Origin: Planctomycetota bacterium
Lineage (GTDB): Bacteria > Planctomycetota > UBA1135 > UBA2386
NCBI GenBank assembly: GCA_947501605.1
Contig: CANMWZ010000001.1
Span: forward strand, 1 to 64,000
Length of the DNA: 64,000 bases
Reading direction: 5' to 3'
The notes beneath the pieces were generated by a model. That model made no database searches. It had not been told where the DNA came from and was given only the letters and a program-made list of their open reading frames with translations. The first letter of the stretch is position 1. Every line of letters starts with the position of its first letter. Positions 36,942 to 46,114 of this stretch are shown here, one piece after another. The position numbers and the translations under genes were made by a program.

Positions 36942-38537
36942 TCAGCGTGCACGCCAGATGTAGATCGACTCGTCCTTCGGGCCGATCCACAAGGGCAGCA
37001 CCAGGAGCAGTTCACAGTGCAACAGCAGGGCGGCCCGCAACGTGCCATCCGCGTCCTTCTCGGCCAGCTCCGGAAGGGCCGCAAGGAAGAACGGCACCCG
37101 CTGTTCGCGCCGCGCGCGCTCGATGATGCTCCGCACGTAGCGACCGCCAGCGTCGCTCGCACCGTTGGCAGTCGCGGCGATGTCGTGGGTCTCAATGCTG
37201 CGCAGATCGAAGACATCGGGGGCAACCGCACTCGCCTCACTGCGGTAGCGATCCGGCTGCAGGTAGTAGGCCAATACGGGTTCGTGCGTCGTGTGCACGA
37301 CGCATGGAGCGCCGCCCGCCGCCTGTTGCACATACTCGCTCGCGTCCCGCCAACGACCGCGATCGCCACACTGCACTGTCAGGTACAGGTAGTCACAACT
37401 CGCGAAGTCCCCGCACAAGAGCACCGGCAGCAACAGGCTGAAGGCAAGGCGCCGTGTACGGTCCGCGCTCGCCGCCAGCTCGAATAGCCGCATGGATGCC
37501 ACGCCAGCCAACAGCATCACTGCGGGCAACGCGATCAAGGCATAGCGGGCGGTCACCTTGACCATGCCCGCGCCGACCACGCCGAATAGCACGATCGGCA
37601 CCGCTGCCCAGCACAGCAAATGCAGGGCTGGCCCTTCGAGTCGCTTGCGAACCACCATGCACGCTCCGCACGCAGCCGCACAAAGCAGTGGCAGGCGGAA
37701 ATAGAACACTGTGGTCTGCAGCCAGTGCATGAGGGACGGCGCCACGTCCTGCTTTGCATCCTGGAAGCCGCGGAATGGCGGCAGCAACAGTAGCAGTGGT
37801 TCGAGCACCAGAAGGAGGCCGACGATCAGCAGCAGCATCGCCACCAAGCGGCGGCCGTCGCAGCGTCTGGAATCGAGCACCAATACCAATACGAACGACG
37901 GCAGCAGCACGAGGCTTGTCGGGTGGCACGTCGCCGCCAACGCAAGCCAACCGAAGGCAAACGCAGTGCGACGGCGCGATCGCTGCTGCCGACCGAGCCA
38001 GAACTCGCCTGCAGCGACCATGCCGAACAACACGACCAAGGCGTAGGCGCGCGCGTTCTGGCTCCAGTAGAGATGCCATGGATCGAGCGCGAGATACAGC
38101 GCTGCGAGCAACGCCGCGCCAGTACCGACCAGGTGCCGACCGTAGAGCGCTAGCAGCGGAATCGTCGCGATGCCACACAGCGCGAACGGCAATCGCAACA
38201 GCCCCTCACTGGCGTGCGGAAGCACACCGAGTTCGAGCAGGCCCCGCAGCATGAGATACGAGGTTGGATACCAGCGCCGTGCTTGCTCGAAGAACTGATC
38301 GAGCGGCACCGAGACATCGCGCCATGTGTGCCCCTCGTCAACCCAGATCGACCAGTCGTCGAGGCCCCATAGTCGCAGCCCTGAGGCCAGCGCCGTAATG
38401 GCGAACAGGATGCCCCACTGCAACAGAGAGAGCGACGCCGCTACTCCAGCACTCTGCTCCACGTTCGCCTCGGCCTCGACCACAGCGCGGGTGCGCGGCG
38501 GCGATAGGTGGAGGGCGAAAGGGAGTTCGACAGTCAT
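36942..38537 (-). CDS. GT-C glycosyltransferase (family 39/ArnT-PMT-like)
   Basis: LRLWGL..SIWVDE, LRLPFAL, WSQNARAY, TARY and many TM helices. Confidence 0.85.
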   Translation of the reverse strand: MTVELPFALHLSPPRTRAVVEAEANVEQSAGVAASLSLLQWGILFAITALASGLRLWGLDDWSIWVDEGHTWRDVSVPLDQFFEQARRWYPTSYLMLRGLLELGVLPHASEGLLRLPFALCGIATIPLLALYGRHLVGTGAALLAALYLALDPWHLYWSQNARAYALVVLFGMVAAGEFWLGRQQRSRRRTAFAFGWLALAATCHPTSLVLLPSFVLVLVLDSRRCDGRRLVAMLLLIVGLLLVLEPLLLLLPPFRGFQDAKQDVAPSLMHWLQTTVFYFRLPLLCAAACGACMVVRKRLEGPALHLLCWAAVPIVLFGVVGAGMVKVTARYALIALPAVMLLAGVASMRLFELAASADRTRRLAFSLLLPVLLCGDFASCDYLYLTVQCGDRGRWRDASEYVQQAAGGAPCVVHTTHEPVLAYYLQPDRYRSEASAVAPDVFDLRSIETHDIAATANGASDAGGRYVRSIIERARREQRVPFFLAALPELAEKDADGTLRAALLLHCELLLVLPLWIGPKDESIYIWRAR

Positions 38538-39547
38538 GTCTGCAGTACGGTCCAGCAGGCTGCATCGGCCGGATCGGGGGGCACGACGAGAACCCGGATC
38601 GAGGTGCCCGATGGCAAGGGTCGCAGCCAACCGCGCAACTGCACGCTGGCCGCCTCGTCGAACACCGCACGGTGCTGGTCGTCGAAGGTTGCTTCGATCG
38701 CACCGCACGGCGTGATCACGATTGCATGCGCCCCAAGCCCGGAGCCGGTCCAGCGCACCGACAGCGACTGCAGCGCACCGTCCATCGTGCGCACGAACGC
38801 GGCCTCGATGTCATAGCGGCGTTCGAGCCTCCCCGTCAGCGCCGGCAGCGGCAGACACGTGTCGCCACGGAGTTGCAGCAGCGGCAGGTCGAGCCGTCGC
38901 AGCAGCGGCGCCGCCGCAGAGTTGGCCCGCACCGCGAGAATCGCAACTTCCCCGTCGGCCCACGGCGCGCGCAATCGCAACGGCAGCGCCCGCGCGTCGT
39001 GCTCCGCGACTTCGTCGGCGAACACCACTCCAACCACCGGGACCTTGGCGGAGCCCACACTCTTGGCGACGGCCGCCAGGGGCGAGGCCAACCGTGCAGA
39101 TGTATGCGCAGCACGCAGCGCGACGATCGCTGGCAGGGCAAGGACCACGCCGAGAAGCGCGAGGCTCACCAGTCCGCGTTCGCGCAGACTGGGCGCCAAT
39201 GCGACTGCGACCACGGCACCAGCCGCGGCGAACGCATGCGAGGTCCACTCCGGCAAGGCCAGCGGCAGCGCCAACAACGGCAGGGTCCCCGTCAGAGTCA
39301 CGGCGACAAAGGCGCCAAAGGAGCCGGCGCGGACGCCACGCGCCGAGAAGCGCAGCCAGAGCATCACCAGCGACGCTGCCGCGATGGCCGCAATCGGGCC
39401 GCTCGCCCAGCGCCGAACCACGGCGAAATCGCCGGCCAGGACTTCGCCCGCATTCGGCTCGAACGGCGACCGCAGCCCGGCCACGGTCGCGATGGTCGCC
39501 GCGGTGCAACCGAGACTGAGCAACAAGGGGATCCAGGACGGGCGCAT
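38534..39547 (-). CDS. Hypothetical membrane protein
   Basis: About 5 hydrophobic helices then a soluble C-terminal part. Its stop overlaps (ATGA) the start of the GT-C gene. Start uncertain. Confidence 0.55.
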   Translation of the reverse strand: MRPSWIPLLLSLGCTAATIATVAGLRSPFEPNAGEVLAGDFAVVRRWASGPIAAIAAASLVMLWLRFSARGVRAGSFGAFVAVTLTGTLPLLALPLALPEWTSHAFAAAGAVVAVALAPSLRERGLVSLALLGVVLALPAIVALRAAHTSARLASPLAAVAKSVGSAKVPVVGVVFADEVAEHDARALPLRLRAPWADGEVAILAVRANSAAAPLLRRLDLPLLQLRGDTCLPLPALTGRLERRYDIEAAFVRTMDGALQSLSVRWTGSGLGAHAIVITPCGAIEATFDDQHRAVFDEAASVQLRGWLRPLPSGTSIRVLVVPPDPADAACWTVLQT

Positions 39548-39630
39548 CGAGCGCGGCAGACTACCGACGCCAGTGCGTGCGCGCCGCATGCCGATTGAGT
39601 TCGCGTGCCGCTTGCTGCATCGTCCAACGC

Positions 39631-42342
39631 GTGAGCGACGCCCACAACGCATCGACCGGGGCTCCGTGTCCGGACCACGCGATCGCGCCCGCACCGCGGC
39701 TCCGCCGCTGGCTCGCGCTGGTGCTGATCTGGCCGCTGCTGCTGTTGCTACCGTGCCTCTCCGGGGCGCGCGTGTTCCTGCCGTACGACCTAGCGCAGTA
39801 CCCGCCAGCAAGCCTGCTGGCGACCGACGAGGAAGTCTCGGCGATGCGGGCCGAGAGCAACTACGACGTGACGGAGACGCCAATCTGGTTCGTTCCCGAA
39901 CTGCAGCGGGCGCGCCACACCCTGCTCGCCGAGGGCACGCTGCCCAACTGGAACCCGACGGCGCGCACCGGGACGGCGCTGTTGCCCCACGGCCACGACG
40001 CGATCTGGTACCCGTTCACGTGGCCGTGCCTGCTGTTCTCGGACCCCTCGCGCTGGCTGGCGTGGCTCGCGCTGTGCAACCTCGCCACCGCCGGGATCGG
40101 CATGCTCGGGTTCCTCTTGGCACTCCGCCTGCACCCCGCTGCCGCCGCCTTCGGAGCCATCGCGCTGGCGATGTCGACGACGCTGAGCGCCAACGCGCAC
40201 AACTACCCGCGCCTGTCGAGTCTGGTTTGGCTGCCGAGCATGCTGTGGGCACTGCGGGTTGCGGCCGACGGCCAAGGTCGTCGCCGGGCGCGCGCGCTCT
40301 GCGGCTTTGCCGCGGCCTTTGCCCTCACCTGGCTCGGTGGCTTCCCGCCGTACGCGTTGCCGTGCTCGGCAGTAGCAATGGTCTACGGCCTCGCGCTCGC
40401 CGCAGAGGACGCCAAGACGAAGGGCCTCCACAACGGCCTGCGGCGGGCGTTGCCGCTCGCCGGAGCCGCGCTGCTCGGGGTCCTGCTGTGTGCGCACTAC
40501 CTGCTGCCGGCGTTCGCGTTCTTTGGCGAGAGCGCTCGATCCCTGGCTCCGAACCTCGATCGAATCTCGCAAACGAAGTTCGATCGTTACGGCCTCCTCG
40601 GCTGGCTGCTGCCCGATTTGTTCGGCCGGCCGGACCTGTCGACGACGCTGCCCTACGGCAATGCGCCACTGCCACTCTTGCTCGGGAATCGCACGAGTGC
40701 CAACGGCACGGTCCTGCTCCCCAACTTCAACGCCACGGAGTACGCGCTGTTCTCGGGGACGATCGTCGCCTGGCTCGCGTTGCTCGGCCTGATGGCTCGC
40801 GACGCAGCGCACCGCTGGCTGCCGCTGCTGTTGCTCGCGAGTTGCCTCGGGATGGCCTTGTTCGTGCCTGGCTTCGCCCAACTGTTTCTGTTGCCAGGCC
40901 TCCGCGTCGTGCCGCCGCTGCGCTGGCTCGGTCCGTGCGCGTTCCTCTTGGCCTGGCTCGCAGCCCAAGGCCTGCAGACGGCGCTGCGCGGTGACGCTCG
41001 CCTGCGCCTGCCGCTGGCAGCTCTGCTAGCGCTTGGAACTGCGGCCGTTGCCCTCTGGTTCTCGTTTCAGTTCGACGATGGCGATGTGTTTCGACACTGG
41101 CGCATTGCCGAGCAGCTCGCCGCTCACTTCGGTTCCACGGCACCCGATCCGGCGAGCATCACACCGGAGCGCATCGAACAACTGGTACTGCGCGGTCCTG
41201 GCGGCGACTACGCCGCGAACGGCGCCGCCCTGGCGGCAGTCGCGACGCAGCGGGCTGCCGCACTTCACTTCCTGGCGGGCCTCGCGCTGCTGTGGCTGTG
41301 GCGAACGCGAAGCCATGACCGCCGAGCGCGATGGTTGCCGTTTGCCCTGGCCGCTGTGATCACGTTGACCGGCGTCGATCTGTGGCTTGCCGACCGCACC
41401 TTCGACCGCGGCATCGCCAGGCCGCACCACGAGCGCACCGAGGTGCACGACTTCCTCGTTGCCGAGCGCGCGGCGACCGCGACTACCGGCGGCTTCATGA
41501 TCGCGCGCGCAGCACCGACCACGCTGGCGACCGAGTTGCCCGAGCCAAGCCAATTGCCACCGGGCACGCTGGGCCCTGAGGGCATTCGGGACCTGCAGGC
41601 CTACACCTACTTCGACAGTCGCTCGATCCAACCGTGGACCGCGCTGCTGAGCAAATCGCTCGGCGACGACGCCGGCCTCGGCATCACCGGCAAGGGCTAC
41701 TTGACCGCGTGTCTGCCCGACGACCCCCTAGTGCTGGCCAGTCCACTTCTCGACCTTTTTGGCATCCGCTACGTGCTGAGCACGTCGCCGCTGCAGCACG
41801 GCGGGCAGCGCACCGGACCGCAGTTGCGCAGCGCCCGCGGTGAGTTCTTCCTCTACCAACGGGCAACCGCACTCCCACGCGCCTTTGTCGTCGGTTCGCT
41901 GCAGCAGTTCGATCGCGACGCCGACGTGATCGCGGCCATGGTGGAAGAGGGCTTCACTCCACGGCTGACGGCACTGGCGCAGCGCGCGGACACCAGCACC
42001 ATCGATGCGGCGACCCTCGACGCGGCAGCTTCGCAGCGCAGCGTGCGTTTCGTCCGCGACCATGCCGTCGACATCGAGATCGCGATCGGGGACGGGCCGG
42101 CTGGACTGCTCGTGCTGTGCGATACGTTCTTCCCCGGTTGGACCGCCAGCGTCGATGGCACCGATGTGCCGGTCGCACGAGTGGACCACAGCATGCGCGG
42201 CGTGATGGTGCCTGCCGGGGCACACACCGTTCGATTCCGCTACACGGCCGCGCGCCAGCAACTGGGTCTCGCCCTGTTCGGGATCGGCCTTGCGGTCCTC
42301 GTTATCACGCTGCGGCGATCGCGAAGCTCAAGACTGGCCTGA
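39631..42342 (+). CDS. YfhO family membrane protein (GT-C-like)
   Basis: GTLPNWNP..GTAL, WYP, many TM helices, FGIRYVL, ALPRAF, DTFFPGWTASVDG, MRGVMVPAGAHTVRFRY. Confidence 0.85.
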   Translation: MSDAHNASTGAPCPDHAIAPAPRLRRWLALVLIWPLLLLLPCLSGARVFLPYDLAQYPPASLLATDEEVSAMRAESNYDVTETPIWFVPELQRARHTLLAEGTLPNWNPTARTGTALLPHGHDAIWYPFTWPCLLFSDPSRWLAWLALCNLATAGIGMLGFLLALRLHPAAAAFGAIALAMSTTLSANAHNYPRLSSLVWLPSMLWALRVAADGQGRRRARALCGFAAAFALTWLGGFPPYALPCSAVAMVYGLALAAEDAKTKGLHNGLRRALPLAGAALLGVLLCAHYLLPAFAFFGESARSLAPNLDRISQTKFDRYGLLGWLLPDLFGRPDLSTTLPYGNAPLPLLLGNRTSANGTVLLPNFNATEYALFSGTIVAWLALLGLMARDAAHRWLPLLLLASCLGMALFVPGFAQLFLLPGLRVVPPLRWLGPCAFLLAWLAAQGLQTALRGDARLRLPLAALLALGTAAVALWFSFQFDDGDVFRHWRIAEQLAAHFGSTAPDPASITPERIEQLVLRGPGGDYAANGAALAAVATQRAAALHFLAGLALLWLWRTRSHDRRARWLPFALAAVITLTGVDLWLADRTFDRGIARPHHERTEVHDFLVAERAATATTGGFMIARAAPTTLATELPEPSQLPPGTLGPEGIRDLQAYTYFDSRSIQPWTALLSKSLGDDAGLGITGKGYLTACLPDDPLVLASPLLDLFGIRYVLSTSPLQHGGQRTGPQLRSARGEFFLYQRATALPRAFVVGSLQQFDRDADVIAAMVEEGFTPRLTALAQRADTSTIDAATLDAAASQRSVRFVRDHAVDIEIAIGDGPAGLLVLCDTFFPGWTASVDGTDVPVARVDHSMRGVMVPAGAHTVRFRYTAARQQLGLALFGIGLAVLVITLRRSRSSRLA

Positions 42343-42451
42343 GCTTCCGTCGACACTTCGACGTGATCTCACGTGCTCGCGCGGATTCGACCCGTGGTTG
42401 CCGCGCGCAGCCGGGACGCGCTCGTCAACGGACTGACGGGGGCCGCCGCTC

Positions 42452-44377
42452 GTGAGCATGTTCGGCAGCGGCCGCCGCGAAGGGGTCATCACCGTACTCG
42501 GCCTTTGCGTCGCGGCGTTGACCGTCCATGCCGTCGGCACGTTGACGGGCCTGAGCGATGGCTTTGAAGGCGACCAGGTGCTGGCGCGCGGCATGGAGGC
42601 GGCGCATCGGGTCGCGGCAGACGGCAACGTGCCGCTCTGGGACCCCGCAGGCGCCGGTGCCCCGCTGTGGGCCGGCGGTGCGGAGATGCTCTACCCGCCA
42701 TGGTGGCTGCTCGGCCGCGGCCACGACGAATTCTGGCTGCCGGTCCTGGTTGCACTGCACGCGATGCTCGCCTGTGCCTTCGGGTTCCGTTTCCTCCGTG
42801 CCCAGGGTCGCAGTCGCTACTCCTCGTTCGTCTGTGGTGCCGCCTATGGGCTCGGGGCGCACACCGGTCACCTGTCGGCCAACCTCCCCGAACTGGCGGC
42901 ACTGGCGTTCGCACCATTGGCACTCGAGATCTTGCAGCGCATCGTGCGGGGCGAGCGGCAGCGTCATGTTGCACCGTTGCTCGGGCCGGCGTTGACCATC
43001 CCTTTCTGGACTGGCGGCGTCGCGACCGCGGCGTGCACATCGGCGCTGGTCGGCGTCTGGCTGTTTGCTTACGCGATCCACGAACGCCACCGACGCGGCC
43101 GGCTGCTGCTCATCGGCGCCAGCACGACGGCGGTCGTCGCGCTGCTGACGGCCCCAATGTGGCTCGGAGCGATCGAGATGCCAAGCCACTCGATCACGCA
43201 ACCTCACAACCCGGAGTTGCTGCAGACGGTCCGGCGCGTGGTCGGGCCGCTGCTGCTGTTCTTCGCGATCCTGGGCGCGCTGCGCCGCCAACGCAGTGCC
43301 TCGACGTTCCGCTGGCTCGCGTTTGCCGGCATCGGCGCCGCCATCGCGTTGCTGCTGCCGCTCGTACCAACGAAGTTCGTGGCTGCGACCCTGTGGCAGC
43401 GCGAGCCCGACGCGTTCTGGTGGCCGGTGCACTTCGCGCTCGTCCTGCTCGCCAGCAACGGCCTTGACGACTTCCTCGATCTGCCGCTCCGCCGCCGCGC
43501 AGCCACGGCCTGGACCATGGTGTTCGCGACCGGCATCGCACCACTCGGCTTCGTGCTCGGCGAACGTGCGGCTTCGTTCCAGGTCGAGGCCGCGGTCTTG
43601 TTCGCGCTGGCGATGCTGTTCGCCATGTGGCGCTACCTTGGCATACTTCGCTTCAAGACCGTGGTCGCAAGCGCGGCGCTCATGTGGCTCGCCGCGGCGA
43701 CGCTCCACGAACAGGCGCGCGCCGTCCGCGCGCCGCTGCCGATGTCGGCGCTGCCGATGTTCGGCTCGCACGAAGATCGTCCCGGCGCCCCCGCGGTCGA
43801 GACCGACCCACTGTCGCCGCTGGAACAACCGCGCGCACGAATCGCCTTCGACCTGTTTGCCGCCGACGACGAAGCCCGCAGCGCAGCAAAAGCACGCCCG
43901 ACTCTCGGCACAGGTCTGCGGGGCTTGCCCGCCGACTTCGTGTCTTTGGCCGTCGTTGACGCGCGGGTCGAGCAGGTCTTCGAAGGCAATGCGGTCAGTG
44001 AGTACCGCGTGACAATGCGGCGGGGACGGGGAGCACTGATCGTGAACGACACCTGGACGCCAGGTTGGCGCGCGACAGTCGATGGCGTCCCGACTCCGCT
44101 ACTGGCGACCTCGCTGGGGGCTCGAGCGGTGCTGTTGGACGGCGGCACGCACACGGTCCACTTCGACTACCAACCGCGAGCTCTCTACATCGGCGTGCCA
44201 CTCGGCATCGTCGGCGGCTCCTTTGCACTGCTCTGGTTCTTGGTCGCATTCACGCGGCGCGTGGTCTCATCGCGCAAGAACGTCGAGAAGGGGCGCCTCA
44301 AGCAGAAGGTCAGAAGGCCACCGACCGCAGCCAAGCCCGCCATGGCAACAAAGGCCATCGACGGATCGATCTCGTAG
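42452..44377 (+). CDS. YfhO family membrane protein (second, shorter paralog)
   Basis: GNVPLWDP..GAPL, LYPP, DTWTPGWRATVDG, GGTHTVHFDYQP. Confidence 0.8.
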   Translation: MSMFGSGRREGVITVLGLCVAALTVHAVGTLTGLSDGFEGDQVLARGMEAAHRVAADGNVPLWDPAGAGAPLWAGGAEMLYPPWWLLGRGHDEFWLPVLVALHAMLACAFGFRFLRAQGRSRYSSFVCGAAYGLGAHTGHLSANLPELAALAFAPLALEILQRIVRGERQRHVAPLLGPALTIPFWTGGVATAACTSALVGVWLFAYAIHERHRRGRLLLIGASTTAVVALLTAPMWLGAIEMPSHSITQPHNPELLQTVRRVVGPLLLFFAILGALRRQRSASTFRWLAFAGIGAAIALLLPLVPTKFVAATLWQREPDAFWWPVHFALVLLASNGLDDFLDLPLRRRAATAWTMVFATGIAPLGFVLGERAASFQVEAAVLFALAMLFAMWRYLGILRFKTVVASAALMWLAAATLHEQARAVRAPLPMSALPMFGSHEDRPGAPAVETDPLSPLEQPRARIAFDLFAADDEARSAAKARPTLGTGLRGLPADFVSLAVVDARVEQVFEGNAVSEYRVTMRRGRGALIVNDTWTPGWRATVDGVPTPLLATSLGARAVLLDGGTHTVHFDYQPRALYIGVPLGIVGGSFALLWFLVAFTRRVVSSRKNVEKGRLKQKVRRPPTAAKPAMATKAIDGSIS

Positions 44378-45459
44378 ACCTCGCCAGCGATCAGGGTCCC
44401 GGCGGCCATGCCGATGCCGCTGCTGAAAGCACCGAGCAGACCTTGGGCCGTCGCTTGCAACTCCGGCTGCACCCGGCGGCGCAAGAACTGCAGTGCGCCC
44501 AGATAGGTGACGCCGAAGCTGATCGCGTGCAGCCAGTTGATCGAGGCGATCGCCCACGGCGACACCATGACGGCGAGCAGCAGCCAACGCACCACCGCGC
44601 CGCACATGCCGATCAACAACAGGGTCGTCGGTCGCAACCGCTCCGCCAGGTCGCGAACAAAGAAGAACAGTACGATCTCGGCGACGACGCCTTCGGCCCA
44701 CAGCAGACCGGCCGTGCCCTCGTCGATGCCAAAGGTCCGCCAGTGCAGAGTCGACAGCGCGTAGTAGCCACCGTGGCTGCCTTGCAGCAAGCCGTTGGCG
44801 AGAAAGAACAGCACGAACGACTTGTCCGACAGCATCTGCGCCACCGGCGCGCGCTGGTTTACATTCGGCTGGCGGACAACGCGAGGCAGTCGCAGCGCGA
44901 ACACCCACGAGACGGCGAGCAGGACCAAAATGACCGCGTGGATCGCGGAGCTCGGCCACCAGCGCAGCAACCAACCCCCGGTAACGATCACGCAAAGGAA
45001 CGAGATCGAGCCCCAGACCCGGACCCGCGTGTAGCGAAACCCGTGCTCGCGCGCCGTCTCGATCGCCAGGTTGTCGAGCACAGAGTGCAGCGGTGGGTAG
45101 GTGCTGCCGTAGAGCACGCAGCACAAGAACAGCGGCCACAGCCCGCGCGCGAAATCGAAGCACGCGAACGCGACCACACTGAGGAAGGACAGCAGCACGA
45201 CCATCGCCGTCGGCCGACCGTTGCGGTCGACTCGCTGGCTGAGCAGTGGCCCCGCGACCGTGCGAGCAAAAATCTGACCCGACTGCGCCTGGGTGACCTC
45301 GCGGTGCGACAGCCCCCCCACGTCGTGCAACCAGACGGGAAAGAACTGCATGTAGATCCCCAGCGCCGCGTAGGTCGCGGCATAGAACGCCGCGAGTCGC
45401 GAGAACGGGCTCTTGGTCGGGGGAACGGGTGCGGGCGTGTCGATCCGCGCATCGGACAT
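44185..45459 (-). CDS. MFS transporter (HcaT/MFS_1-like)
   Basis: About 12 TM helices; YTRVRVWGSISF, SHGGYY, LWAEGVVAEI, LHAISFG, ATAQGL. Confidence 0.9.
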   Translation of the reverse strand: MSDARIDTPAPVPPTKSPFSRLAAFYAATYAALGIYMQFFPVWLHDVGGLSHREVTQAQSGQIFARTVAGPLLSQRVDRNGRPTAMVVLLSFLSVVAFACFDFARGLWPLFLCCVLYGSTYPPLHSVLDNLAIETAREHGFRYTRVRVWGSISFLCVIVTGGWLLRWWPSSAIHAVILVLLAVSWVFALRLPRVVRQPNVNQRAPVAQMLSDKSFVLFFLANGLLQGSHGGYYALSTLHWRTFGIDEGTAGLLWAEGVVAEIVLFFFVRDLAERLRPTTLLLIGMCGAVVRWLLLAVMVSPWAIASINWLHAISFGVTYLGALQFLRRRVQPELQATAQGLLGAFSSGIGMAAGTLIAGEVYEIDPSMAFVAMAGLAAVGGLLTFCLRRPFSTFLRDETTRRVNATKNQSSAKEPPTMPSGTPM

Positions 45460-45523
45460 CAGCACGACAGTCGGCGCCACGTTGTTGTCGCCAGCGCTCC
45501 CGCTCGTGATGATGCGCGCCGCC

Positions 45524-45611
45524 GCGGGGGTGGCGGAACGGCAGACGCAGCGGACTTAAAATCCGCAGGCCGGCAACGGCCGTGAGGGTTCGACTCCCTC
45601 TCCCCGCACCA
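45524..45611 (+). tRNA. tRNA-Leu, anticodon TAA (45557-45559)
   Basis: Acceptor GCGGGGG/TCCCCGC, anticodon arm GCGGA-CTTAAAA-TCCGC, long variable arm GGCCG-GCAA-CGGCC, T-arm GAGGG-TTCGACT-CCCTC, discriminator A and encoded CCA. Confidence 0.97.
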
Positions 45612-45638
45612 CTTGGCGCATCGCAGAATCGTCGCGAG

Positions 45639-46055
45639 TCAGGCGTCGTGGAAGCCGAGGGCCACCAGAACGCAACTGCCGTCATCGATCACGTGCAAGC
45701 CCGCCGCCCTCGCCGTCGCCGATGCGTCCGCCGCTTCCGCTCCCGGCTGGAACCACAAGTACTGGATGCCGCGGGCGATCGCGTCACTGACGATCGCCGC
45801 GGCGGCCGCTGGGGGTGCGACGACCGACGCGGCGTTCACGGTTGTCGGCACCAAGCGCAGCGAAGCAAAGACCTGCTGACCTTCGACCTCGATGCCCTTC
45901 TGATTGACGGCTACGACCGGCTGCGCGTGCTGCAGATAACAGCGCAGCACCTTGTTGCCGTACTTCTCGCGATCGGTCGAGGCGCCGACGACGGCGAAGG
46001 AACCCTGGGCGAGAAACGCTGCGATGTCGACCCGATGCCGCTTCATGGCGACCAT
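45639..46055 (-). CDS. CoA-binding protein (YccU-like)
   Basis: FAVVGAS.DREKYGNKV, LWFQPGAE, CVLVAL. Start 46055 or 46046. Confidence 0.88.
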   Translation of the reverse strand: MVAMKRHRVDIAAFLAQGSFAVVGASTDREKYGNKVLRCYLQHAQPVVAVNQKGIEVEGQQVFASLRLVPTTVNAASVVAPPAAAAAIVSDAIARGIQYLWFQPGAEAADASATARAAGLHVIDDGSCVLVALGFHDA

Positions 46056-46114
46056 CAAACCAACGCGAGCGCCAAATGCGAGCAGCCGATAGCCATCGCT
46101 ATGCTGCGCTGACC

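Noticed and set aside
45524..45611. tRNA-Sec, or an integration site for an island
   Set aside because: The anticodon is TAA with a 7-bp acceptor stem (Leu), not TCA. No integrase or duplicated tRNA 3' end was noticed.
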